Positions 1 through 15,000 of a DNA stretch of 64,000 bases are shown here, piece after piece. Each line of letters starts with the position of its first letter. Position 1 is the first letter of the stretch. Source of the stretch: Nemertoderma westbladi. Lineage: Eukaryota; Animalia; Xenacoelomorpha. The position numbers and the translations under genes are program-made. The stretch spans positions 53,978 through 117,977 of the forward strand of contig JAUCBJ010008529.1 in NCBI GenBank assembly GCA_032718475.1, written 5' to 3'. Below the pieces are notes generated by a model. That model was not told the origin of the DNA and ran no database searches. It saw only the letters and a list, made by a program, of their open reading frames with translations.

Positions 1-3000
1 TATTTATATCGCTATGTACAGCTGTATCTATCTATATCGCGATGTACAGCTGTATCTATTTATATCGATATGTACAGCTGTATCTATTTATATCGCTATG
101 TACAGCTGTATCTATTTATATCGCTATGTACAGCTGTATCTATTTATATCGATATGTACAGCTGTATCTATTTATATCGATATGTACAGCTGTATCTATT
201 TATATCGCGATGTACAGCTGTATCTATTTATTTCGATATGTACAGCTGTATCTATTTATATCGCTATGTACAGCTGTATCTATTTATATCGCGATGTACA
301 GCTGTATCTATTTATATCGATATGTACAGCTGTATCTATTTATATCGCGATATACAGCTGTATCTATTTATATTGATATGTACAGCTGTATCTATTTATA
401 TCTCGATGTACAGCTGTATCTATTTATATCGCGATGTACAGCTGTATCTATTTATATCTCGATGTACAGCTGTATCTATTTATATCGCGATGTACAGCTG
501 TATCTATTTATATCGCTATGTACAGCTGTATCTATTTATATCGATATGTACAGCTGTATCTATTTATATCGATATGTACAGCTGTATCTATTTATATCGC
601 GATATACAGCTGTATCTCTTTATATCGCGATGTACAGCTGTATCTATTTATATCGCGATGTACAGCTGTATCTATTTATATCGCGATGTACAGCTGTATC
701 TATTTATATCGCGATTTACATCTGTATCTATTTATATCTCGATGTACAGCTGTATCTATTTATATCGCGATGTACAGCTGTATCTATTTATATCGCGATG
801 TACAGCTGTATCTATTTATATCGCGATGTAGAGCTGTATCTATTTATATCGCTATGTACAGCTGTATCTATTTATATCGCGATGTACAGCTGTATCTATT
901 TATATCGCTATGTACAGCTGTATCTATTTATATCGCGATGTACAGCTGTATCTATTTATATCGCGATGTACAGCTGTATCTATTTATATCGCTATGTACA
1001 GCTGTATCTATTTATATCGCGATGTACAGCTGTATCTATTTATATCGCGATGTACAGCTGTATCTATTTATATCGCGATGTACAGCTGTATCTATTTATA
1101 TCGCGATGTACAGCTGTATCTATTTATATCGCGATGTACAGCTGTATCTATTTATATCGCTATGTACAGCTGTATCTATTTATATCGCGATGTACAGCTG
1201 TATCTATTTATATCGCTATGTACAGCTGTATCTATTTATATCGCGATGTACAGCTGTATCTATTTATATCGCGATGTACAGCTGTATCTATTTATAACGC
1301 GATTTACATCTGTATCTATTTATATCTCGATGTACAGCTGTATCTATTTATATCGCGATGTACAGCTGTATCTATTTATATCGCGATGTACAGCTGTATC
1401 TATTTATATCGCGATGTACAGCTGTATCTATCTATATCGCGATGTACAGCTGTATCTATTTATATCGCGATGTACAGCTGTATCTATTTATATCGCTATG
1501 TACAGCTGTATCTATCTATATCGCGATGTACAGCTGTATCTATTTATATCGCGATGTACAGCTGTATCTATTTATATCGCGATGTACAGCTGTATCTATT
1601 TATATCGCGATGTACAGCTGTATCTATTTATATCGCGATGTACAGCTGTATCTATTTATATCGCGATGTACAGCTGTATCTATTTATATCGCGATGTACA
1701 GCTGTATCTATTTATATCGCTATGTACAGCTGTATCTATTTATATCGCTATGTACAGCTGTATCTATCTATATCGCGATGTACAGCTGTATCTATTTATA
1801 TCGCGATTTACATCTGTATCTATTTATATCGCTATGTACAGCTGTATCTATTTATATCTCGATGTACAGCTGTATCTATTTATATCTCGATGTACAGCTG
1901 TATCTATTTATATCGCTATGTATAGCTGTATCTATTTATATCGCTATGTACAGCTGTATCTACTGTATTTATATCTCGATGTACAGCTGTATCTATTTAT
2001 ATCGCTATGTACAGCTGTATCTATTTATATCGCTATGTACAGCTGTATCTATTTATATCTCGATGTACAGCTGTATCTATTTATATCGCTATGTACAGCT
2101 GTATCTATTTATATCGCGATATACAGCTGTATCTATTTATATCTCGATGTACAGCTGTATCTATTTATATCGCTATGTACAGCTGTATCTATTTATATCT
2201 CGATGTACAGCTGTATCTATTTATATCGCGATGTACAGCTGTATCTATTTATATCGCGATGTACAGCTGTATCTATTTATATCGCGATGTACAGCTGTAT
2301 CTATTTATATCGCTATGTACAGCTGTATCTATTTATATCGCGATGTACAGCTGTAACTATTTATATCGCTATGTACAGCTGTATCTATCTATATCGCGAT
2401 GTACAGCTGTATCTATTTATATCGCTATGTACAGCTGTATCTATTTATATCTCGATGTACAGCTGTATCTATTTATATCTCGATGTACAGCTGTATCTAT
2501 TTATATCGCGATGTACAGCTGTATCTATTTATATCGCTATGTACAGCTGTATCTATTTATATCTCGATGTACAGCTGTATCTATTTATATCGCGATGTAC
2601 AGCTGTATCTATTTATATCGCTATGTACAGCTGTATCTATTTATATCGCGATGTACAGCTGTAACTATTTATATCGATATGTACAGCTGTATCTATTTAT
2701 ATCGATATGTACAGCTGTATCTATTTATATCGCGATGTACAGCTGTATCTATTTATATCGCTATGTACAGCTGTATCTATTTATATCGCGATGTACAGCT
2801 GTATCTATTTATATCGCTATGTACAGCTGTATCTATTTATATCGCGATGTACAGCTGTATCTATTTATATCGCGATGTACAGCTGTATCTATTTATATCG
2901 CGATGTACAGCTGTATCTATTTATATCGCTATGTACAGCTGTATCTATTTATATCGCTATGTACAGCTGTATCTATTTATATCGATATGTACAGCTGTAT

Positions 3001-6000
3001 CTATTTATATCGCGATATACAGCTGTATCTATTTATATTGATATGTACAGCTGTATCTATTTATATCTCGATGTACAGCTGTATCTATTTATATCGCGAT
3101 GTACAGCTGTATCTATTTATATCTCGATGTACAGCTGTATCTATTTATATCGCGATGTACAGCTGTATCTATTTATATCGCTATGTACAGCTGTATCTAT
3201 TTATATCGATATGTACAGCTGTATCTATTTATATCAATATGTACAGCTGTATCTATTTATATCGCGATATACAGCTGTATCTCTTTATATCGCGATGTAC
3301 AGCTGTATCTATTTATATCGCTATGTACAGCTGTATCTATTTATATCGATATGTACAGCTGTATCTATTTATATCGCGATGTACAGCTGTATCTATTTAT
3401 ATCGCTATGTACAGCTGTATCTATTTATATCGCGATGTACAGCTGTATCTATTTATATCGCGATGTACAGCTGTATCTATTTATATCGCGATGTACAGCT
3501 GTATCTATTTATATCGCTATGTACAGCTGTATCTATTTATATCGCGATGTACAGCTGTATCTATTTATATCGCGATGTACAGCTGTATCTATTTATATCG
3601 CGATGTACAGCTGTATCTATTTATATCTCGATGTACAGCTGTATCTATTTATATCGCGATGTACAGCTGTATCTATTTATATCGCGATGTACAGCTGTAT
3701 CTATTTATATCGCGATGTACAGCTGTATCTATTTATATCGCGATGTACAGCTGTATCTATTTATATCGCGATGTACAGATGTATCTATTTATATTGCGAT
3801 GTACAGATGTATCTATTTATATCGCGATGTACAAATGTATCTATTTATATCGCGATGTACAGCTGTATCTATTTATATCGCGATTTACATCTGTATCTAT
3901 TTATATCGCGATGTACAGCTGTATCTATTTATATCGCTATGTACAGCTGTATCTATTTATATCGCGATGTACAGCTGTATCTATTTATATCGCGATATAC
4001 AGCTGTATCTATTTATATCTCGATGTACAGCTGTATCTATCTATATCGCGATGTACAGCTGTATCTATTTATATCGCTATGTACAGCTGTATCTATTTAT
4101 ATCTCGATGTACAGCTGTATCTATTTATATCTCGATGTACAGCTGTATCTATTTATATCGCGATGTACAGCTGTATCTATTTATATCGCTATGTACAGCT
4201 GTATCTATTTATATCGCGATGTACAGCTGTATCTATTTATATCGCTATGTACAGCTGTATCTATTTATATCGCGATGTACAGCTGTAACTATTTATATCG
4301 CTATGTACAGCTGTATCTATCTATATCGCGATGTACAGCTGTATCTATTTATATCGCGATGTACAGCTGTATCTATTTATATCGATATGTACAGCTGTAT
4401 CAATTTATATCGCTATGTACAGCTGTATCTATTTATATCGCGATGTACAGCTGTATCTATTTATATCGCGATGTACAGCTGTATCTATTTATATCGCGAT
4501 GTACAGCTGTATCTATTTATATCGCGATGTACAGCTGTATCTATTTATATCGCGATGTACAGCTGTATCTATCTATATCGCGATGTACAGCTGTATCTAT
4601 TTATATCGATATGTACAGCTGTATCTATTTATATCGCTATGTACAGCTGTATCTATTTATATCGCTATGTACAGCTGTATCTATCTATATCGCGATGTAC
4701 AGCTGTATCTATTTATATCGATATGTACAGCTGTATCTATTTATATCGATATGTACAGCTGTATCTATTTATATCGCGATGTACAGCTGTATCTATTTAT
4801 ATCGATATGTACAGCTGTATCTATTTATATCGCTATGTACAGCTGTATCTATCTATATCGCGATGTACAGCTGTATCTATTTATATCGATATGTACAGCT
4901 GTATCTATTTATATCGCTATGTACAGCTGTATCTATTTATATCGCTATGTACAGCTGTATCTATTTATATCGCTATGTACAGCTGTATCTATCTATATCG
5001 CGATGTACAGCTGTATCTATTTATATCGATATGTACAGCTGTATCTATTTATATCGATATGTACAGCTGTATCTATTTATATCGCTATGTACAGCTGTAT
5101 CTATTTATATCGCGATGTACAGCTGTATCTATTTATATCGCGATGTACAGCTGTATCTATTTATATCGCTATGTACAGCTGTATCTATTTATATCGCTAT
5201 GTACAGCTGTATCTATTTATATCTCGATGTACAGCTGTATCTATTTATATCTCGATGTACAGCTGTATCTATTTATATCTCGATGTACAGCTGTATCTAT
5301 TTATATCTCGATATACAGCTGTATCTATTTATATCGATATGTACAGCTGTATCTATTTATATCGCTATGTACAGCTGTATCTATTTATATCGCGATGTAC
5401 AGCTGTATCTATTTATATCGAGATATACAGCTGTATCTATTTATATCGCTATGTACAGCTGTATCTATTTATATCTCGATGTACAGCTGTATCTATTTAT
5501 ATCGATATGTACAGCTGTATCTATTTATATCGCTATGTACAGCTGTATCTATTTATATCGCGATGTACAGCTGTATCTATTTATATCGAGATATACAGCT
5601 GTATCTATTTATATCGCTATGTACAGCTGTATCTATTTATATCTCGATGTACAGCTGTATCTATTTATATCGATATGTACAGCTGTATCTATTTATATCG
5701 CGATGTACAGCTGTATCTATTTATATCGCTATGTACAGCTGTATCTATTTATATCGCTATGTACAGCTGTATCTATTTATATCTCGATGTACAGCTGTAT
5801 CTATTTATATCTCGATGTACAGCTGTATCTATTTATATCTCGATGTACAGCTGTATCTATTTATATCTCGATATACAGCTGTATCTATTTATATCGATAT
5901 GTACAGCTGTATCTATTTATATCGCTATGTACAGCTGTATCTATTTATATCGCGATGTACAGCTGTATCTATTTATATCGAGATATACAGCTGTATCTAT

Positions 6001-9000
6001 TTATATCGCTATGTACAGCTGTATCTATTTATATCGCGATGTACAGCTGTATCTATTTATATCGCGATGTACAGCTGTATCTATTTATATCTCGATATAC
6101 AGCTGTATCTATTTATATCGATATGTACAGCTGTATCTATTTATATCGCTATGTACAGCTGTATCTATTTATATCGCGATGTACAGCTGTATCTATTTAT
6201 ATCGAGATATACAGCTGTATCTATTTATATCGCTATGTACAGCTGTATCTATTTATATCGCTATGTACAGCTGTATCTATTTATATCTCGATGTACAGCT
6301 GTATCTATTTATATCGCGATATACAGCTGTATCTCTTTATATCGCGATGTACAGCTGTATCTATTTATATCGCTATGTACAGCTGTATCTATTTATATCG
6401 ATATGTACAGCTGTATCTATTTATATCGCGATGTACAGCTGTATCTATTTATATCGCTATGTACAGCTGTATCTATTTATATCGCGATGTACAGCTGTAT
6501 CTATTTATATCGCGATGTACAGCTGTATCTATTTATATCGCGATGTACAGCTGTATCTATTTATATCGAGATATACAGCTGTATCTATTTATATCTCGAT
6601 GTACAGCTGTATCTATTTATATCGCGATGTACAGCTGTATCTATTTATATCTCGATGTACAGCTGTATCTATTTATATCTCGATGTACAGCTGTATCTAT
6701 TTATATCGCGATGTACAGCTGTATCTATTTATATCGCGATGTACAGCTGTATCTATTTATATCGCGATGTACAGCTGTATCTATTTATATCGAGATATAC
6801 AGCTGTATCTATTTATATCTCGATGTACAGCTGTATCTATTTATATCGCTATGTACAGCTGTATCTATTTATATCGCTATGTCAAGCTGTATCTATTTAT
6901 ATCTCGATGTACAGCTGTATCTATTTATATCTCGATGTACAGCTGTATCTATTTATATCTCGATGTACAGCTGTATCTATTTATATCGCGATGTACAGCT
7001 GTATCTATTTATATCGAGATATACAGCTGTATCTATTTATATCTCGATGTACAGCTGTATCTATTTATATCTCGATGTACAGCTGTATCTATTTATATCG
7101 CTATGTACAGCTGTATCTATTTATATCTCGATGTACAGCTGTATCTATTTATATCTCGATGTACAGCTGTATCTATTTATATCGCTATGTACAGCTGTAT
7201 CTATTTATATCGCGATGTACAGCTGTAACTATTTATATCTCGATGTACAGCTGTATCTATTTATATCGAGATATACAGCTGTATCTATTTATATCGCGAT
7301 GTACAGCTGTATCTATTTATATCGATATGTACAGCTGTATCTATTTATATCGCTATGTACAGCTGTATCTATTTATATCTCGATGTACAGCTGTATCTAT
7401 TTATATCGCTATGTACAGCTGTATCTATTTATATCGCGATGTACAGCTGTATCTATTTATATCGCGATGTACAGCTGTATCTATTTATATCGCGATGTAC
7501 AGATGTATCTATTTATATTGCGATGTACAGATGTATCTATTTATATCGCGATGTACAAATGTATCTATTTATATCGCGATGTACAGCTGTATCTATTTAT
7601 ATCGCGATTTACATCTGTATCTATTTATATCGCGATGTACAGCTGTATCTATTTATATCGCTATGTACAGCTGTATCTATTTATATCGCGATGTACAGCT
7701 GTATCTATTTATATCGCGATATACAGCTGTATCTATTTATATCTCGATGTACAGCTGTATCTATCTATATCGCGATGTACAGCTGTATCTATTTATATCG
7801 CTATGTACAGCTGTATCTATTTATATCTCGATGTACAGCTGTATCTATTTATATCTCGATGTACAGCTGTATCTATTTATATCGCGATGTACAGCTGTAT
7901 CTATTTATATCGCTATGTACAGCTGTATCTATTTATATCGCGATGTACAGCTGTATCTATTTATATCGCTATGTACAGCTGTATCTATTTATATCGCGAT
8001 GTACAGCTGTAACTATTTATATCGCTATGTACAGCTGTATCTATCTATATCGCGATGTACAGCTGTATCTATTTATATCGCGATGTACAGCTGTATCTAT
8101 TTATATCGATATGTACAGCTGTATCAATTTATATCGCTATGTACAGCTGTATCTATTTATATCGCGATGTACAGCTGTATCTATTTATATCGCGATGTAC
8201 AGCTGTATCTATTTATATCGCGATGTACAGCTGTATCTATTTATATCGCGATGTACAGCTGTATCTATTTATATCGCGATGTACAGCTGTATCTATCTAT
8301 ATCGCGATGTACAGCTGTATCTATTTATATCGATATGTACAGCTGTATCTATTTATATCGCTATGTACAGCTGTATCTATTTATATCGCTATGTACAGCT
8401 GTATCTATCTATATCGCGATGTACAGCTGTATCTATTTATATCGATATGTACAGCTGTATCTATTTATATCGATATGTACAGCTGTATCTATTTATATCG
8501 CGATGTACAGCTGTATCTATTTATATCGATATGTACAGCTGTATCTATTTATATCGCTATGTACAGCTGTATCTATCTATATCGCGATGTACAGCTGTAT
8601 CTATTTATATCGATATGTACAGCTGTATCTATTTATATCGCTATGTACAGCTGTATCTATTTATATCGCTATGTACAGCTGTATCTATTTATATCGCTAT
8701 GTACAGCTGTATCTATCTATATCGCGATGTACAGCTGTATCTATTTATATCGATATGTACAGCTGTATCTATTTATATCGATATGTACAGCTGTATCTAT
8801 TTATATCGCTATGTACAGCTGTATCTATTTATATCGCGATGTACAGCTGTATCTATTTATATCGCGATGTACAGCTGTATCTATTTATATCGCTATGTAC
8901 AGCTGTATCTATTTATATCGCTATGTACAGCTGTATCTATTTATATCTCGATGTACAGCTGTATCTATTTATATCTCGATGTACAGCTGTATCTATTTAT

Positions 9001-12000
9001 ATCTCGATGTACAGCTGTATCTATTTATATCTCGATATACAGCTGTATCTATTTATATCGATATGTACAGCTGTATCTATTTATATCGCTATGTACAGCT
9101 GTATCTATTTATATCGCGATGTACAGCTGTATCTATTTATATCGAGATATACAGCTGTATCTATTTATATCGCTATGTACAGCTGTATCTATTTATATCT
9201 CGATGTACAGCTGTATCTATTTATATCGATATGTACAGCTGTATCTATTTATATCGCTATGTACAGCTGTATCTATTTATATCGCGATGTACAGCTGTAT
9301 CTATTTATATCGAGATATACAGCTGTATCTATTTATATCGCTATGTACAGCTGTATCTATTTATATCTCGATGTACAGCTGTATCTATTTATATCGATAT
9401 GTACAGCTGTATCTATTTATATCGCGATGTACAGCTGTATCTATTTATATCGCTATGTACAGCTGTATCTATTTATATCGCTATGTACAGCTGTATCTAT
9501 TTATATCTCGATGTACAGCTGTATCTATTTATATCTCGATGTACAGCTGTATCTATTTATATCTCGATGTACAGCTGTATCTATTTATATCTCGATATAC
9601 AGCTGTATCTATTTATATCGATATGTACAGCTGTATCTATTTATATCGCTATGTACAGCTGTATCTATTTATATCGCGATGTACAGCTGTATCTATTTAT
9701 ATCGAGATATACAGCTGTATCTATTTATATCGCTATGTACAGCTGTATCTATTTATATCGCGATGTACAGCTGTATCTATTTATATCGCGATGTACAGCT
9801 GTATCTATTTATATCTCGATATACAGCTGTATCTATTTATATCGATATGTACAGCTGTATCTATTTATATCGCTATGTACAGCTGTATCTATTTATATCG
9901 CGATGTACAGCTGTATCTATTTATATCGAGATATACAGCTGTATCTATTTATATCGCTATGTACAGCTGTATCTATTTATATCGCTATGTACAGCTGTAT
10001 CTATTTATATCTCGATGTACAGCTGTATCTATTTATATCGCGATATACAGCTGTATCTATTTATATCGCGATGTACAGCTGTATCTATTTATATCGCTAT
10101 GTACAGCTGTATCTATTTATATCGATATGTACAGCTGTATCTATTTATATCGCGATGTACAGCTGTATCTATTTATATCGCTATGTACAGCTGTATCTAT
10201 TTATATCGCGATGTACAGCTGTATCTATTTATATCGCGATGTACAGCTGTATCTATTTATATCGCGATGTACAGCTGTATCTATTTATATCGAGATATAC
10301 AGCTGTATCTATTTATATCTCGATGTACAGCTGTATCTATTTATATCGCGATGTACAGCTGTATCTATTTATATCTCGATGTACAGCTGTATCTATTTAT
10401 ATCTCGATGTACAGCTGTATCTATTTATATCGCGATGTACAGCTGTATCTATTTATATCGCGATGTACAGCTGTATCTATTTATATCGCGATGTACAGCT
10501 GTATCTATTTATATCGAGATGTACAGCTGTATCTATTTATATCTCGATGTACAGCTGTATCTATTTATATCGCTATGTACAGCTGTATCTATTTATATCG
10601 CTATGTACAGCTGTATCTATTTATATCTCGATGTACAGCTGTATCTATTTATATCTCGATGTACAGCTGTATCTATTTATATCTCGATGTACAGCTGTAT
10701 CTATTTATATCGCGATGTACAGCTGTATCTATTTATATCGAGATATACAGCTGTATCTATTTATATCTCGATGTACAGCTGTATCTATTTATATCTCGAT
10801 GTACAGCTGTATCTATTTATATCGCTATGTACAGCTGTATCTATTTATATCTCGATGTACAGCTGTATCTATTTATATCTCGATGTACAGCTGTATCTAT
10901 TTATATCGCTATGTACAGCTGTATCTATTTATATCGCGATGTACAGCTGTATCTATTTATATCTCGATGTACAGCTGTATCTATTTATATCGAGATATAC
11001 AGCTGTATCTATTTATATCGCGATGTACAGCTGTATCTATTTATATCGATATGTACAGCTGTATCTATTTATATCGCTATGTACAGCTGTATCTATTTAT
11101 ATCTCGATGTACAGCTGTATCTATTTATATCGCTATGTACAGCTGTATCTATTTATATCGCGATGTACAGCTGTATCTATTTATATCGCTATGTACAGCT
11201 GTATCTATTTATATCTCGATGTACAGCTGTATCTATTTATATCGCTATGTACAGCTGTATCTATTTATATCGCGATGTACAGCTGTAACTATTTATATCT
11301 CGATGTACAGCTGTATCTATTTATATCGAGATATACAGCTGTATCTATTTATATCGCGATGTACAGCTGTATCTATTTATATCTCGATGTACAGCTGTAT
11401 CTATTTATATCTCGATGTACAGCTGTATCTATTTATATCGCTATGTACAGCTGTATCTATTTATATCGCGATGTACAGCTGTAACTATTTATATCTCGAT
11501 GTACAGCTGTATCTATTTATATCGAGATATACAGCTGTATCTATTTATATCTCGATGTACAGCTGTATCTATTTATATCTCGATGTACAGCTGTATCTAT
11601 TTATATCGCTATGTACAGCTGTATCTATTTATATCGCGATGTACAGCTGTATCTATTTATATCTCGATGTACAGCTGTATCTATTTATATCGCTATGTAC
11701 AGCTGTATCTATTTATATCGAGATATACAGCTGTATCTATTTATATCTCGATGTACAGCTGTATCTATTTATATCTCGATGTACAGCTGTATCTATTTAT
11801 ATCGCTATGTACAGCTGTATCTATTTATATCGCGATGTACAGCTGTATCTATTTATATCGAGATGTACAGCTGTATCTATTTATATCTTTATGTACAGCT
11901 GTATCTATTTATATCGCGATGTACAGCTGTAACTATTTATATCTCGATGTACAGCTGTATCTATTTATATCGAGATATACAGCTGTATCTATTTATATCG

Positions 12001-15000
12001 CTATGTACAGCTGTATCTATTTATATCGCTATGTACAGCTGTATCTATTTATATCTCGATGTACAGCTGTATCTATTTATATCGCTATGTACAGCTGTAA
12101 CTATTTATATCTCGATGTACAGCTGTATCTATTTATATCTCGATGTACAGCTGTATCTATTTATATCGCTATGTACAGCTGTATCTATTTATATCGTTAT
12201 GTACAGCTGTATCTATTTATATCTCGATGTACAGCTGTATCTATTTATATCGAGATATACAGCTGTATCTATTTATATCTCGATGTACAGCTGTATCTAT
12301 TTATATCTCGATGTACAGCTGTATCTATTTATATCGATATGTACAGCTGTATCTATTTATATCGTTATGTACAGCTGTATCTATTTATATCGCTATGTAC
12401 AGCTGTATCTATTTATATCGAGATATACAGCTGTATCTATTTATATCGAGATATACAGCTGTATCTATTTATATCGCTATGTACAGCTGTATCTATTTAT
12501 ATCTCGATGTACAGCTGTATCTATTTATATCGATATGTACAGCTGTATCTATTTATATCGCGATGTACAGCTGTATCTATTTATATCGAGATATACAGCT
12601 GTATCTATTTATATCGAGATATACAGCTGTATCTATTTATATCGCTATGTACAGCTGTATCTATTTATATCTCGATGTACAACTGTATCTATTTATATCG
12701 CTATGTACAGCTGTATCTATTTATATCGCGATGTACAGCTGTATCTATTTATATCGCGATGTACAGCTGTAACTATTTATATCTCGATGTACAGCTGTAT
12801 CTATTTATATCGAGATATACAGCTGTATCTATTTATATCTCGATGTACAGCTGTATCTATTTATATCTCGATGTACAGCTGTATCTATTTATATCGCTAT
12901 GTACAGCTGTATCTATTTATATCGCGATGTACAGCTGTAACTATTTATATCTCGATGTACAGCTGTATCTATTTATATCGAGATATACAGCTGTATCTAT
13001 TTATATCGCGATGTACAGCTGTATCTATTTATATCGCTATGTACAGCTGTATCTATTTATATCGTTATGTACAGCTGTATCTATTTATATCGCGATGTAC
13101 AGCTGTATCTATTTATATCGATATGTACAGCTGTATCTATTTATATCGCGATGTACAGCTGTATCTATTTATATCGCGATGTACAGCTGTATCTATTTAT
13201 ATCGATATGTACAGCTGTATCTATTTATATCGCGATGTACAGCTGTATCTATTTATATCGCGATGTACAGCTGTATCTATTTATATTGATATGTACAGCT
13301 GTATCTATTTATATCGATATGTACAGCTGTATCTATTTATATCGCGATGTACAGCTGTATCTATTTATATTGATATGTACAGCTGTATCTATTTATATCG
13401 CTATGTACAGCTGTATCTATTTATATCGCTATGTACAGCTGTATCTATTTATATTGATATGTACAGCTGTATCTATTTATATCGCGATGTACAGCTGTAT
13501 CTATTTATATCGCTATGTACAGCTGTATCTATTTATATCGTTATGTACAGCTGTATCTATTTATATCGCGATGTACAGCTGTATCTATTTATATCGATAT
13601 GTACAGCTGTATCTATTTATATCGCGATGTACAGCTGTATCTATTTATATCGCGATGTACAGCTGTATCTATTTATATTGATATGTACAGCTGTATCTAT
13701 TTATATCGATATGTACAGCTGTATCTATTTATATCGCGATGTACAGCTGTATCTATTTATATCGCGATGTACAGCTGTATCTATTTATATCGCTATGTAC
13801 AGCTGTATCTATTGATATCGCTATGTACAGCTGTATCTACTTATATCGATGTGTACAGCTGTATCTATTTATATCGATATGTACAGCTGTATCTATTTAT
13901 ATCTCGATGTACAGCTGTATCTATTTATATCGCGATGTACAGCTGTAACTATTTATATCTCGATGTACAGCTGTATCTATTTATATCGAGATATACAGCT
14001 GTATCTATTTATATCTCGATGTACAGCTGTATCTATTTATATCGCTATGTACAGCTGTATCTATTTATATCTCGATGTACAGCTGTATCTATTTATATCG
14101 CGATGTACAGCTGTATCTATTTATATCGAGATATACAGCTGTATCTATTTATATCTCGATGTACAGCTGTATCTATTTATATCTCGATGTACAGCTGTAT
14201 CTATTTATATCTCGATGTACAGCTGTATCTATTTATATCGCTATGTACAGCTGTATCTATTTATATCGCGATGTACAGCTGTATCTATTTATATCGAGAT
14301 ATACAGCTGTATCTATTTATATCTCGATGTACAGCTGTATCTATTTATATCGATATGTACAGCTGTATCTATTTATATCTCGATGTACAGCTGTATCTAT
14401 TTATATCGCTATGTACAGCTGTATCTATTTATATCGCGATGTACAGCTGTATCTATTTATATCGAGATATACAGCTGTATCTATTTATATCTCGATGTAC
14501 AGCTGTATCTATTTATATCGATATGTACAGCTGTATCTATTTATATCTCGATGTACAGCTGTATCTATTTATATCGCTATGTACAGCTGTATCTATTTAT
14601 ATCGCGATGTACAGCTGTATCTATTTATATCGAGATATACAGCTGTATCTATTTATATCTCGATGTACAGCTGTATCTATTTATATCGAGATATACAGCT
14701 GTATCTATTTATATCTCGATGTACAGCTGTATCTATTTATATCTCGATGTACAGCTGTATCTATTTATATCTCGATGTACAGCTGTATCTATTTATATCG
14801 CTATGTACAGCTGTATCTATTTATATCGCGATGTACAGCTGTATCTATTTATATCGAGATATACAGCTGTATCTATTTATATCTCGATGTACAGCTGTAT
14901 CTATTTATATCGATATGTACAGTTGTATCTATTTATATCTCGATGTACAGCTGTATCTATTTATATCGCTATGTACAGCTGTATCTATTTATATCTCGAT

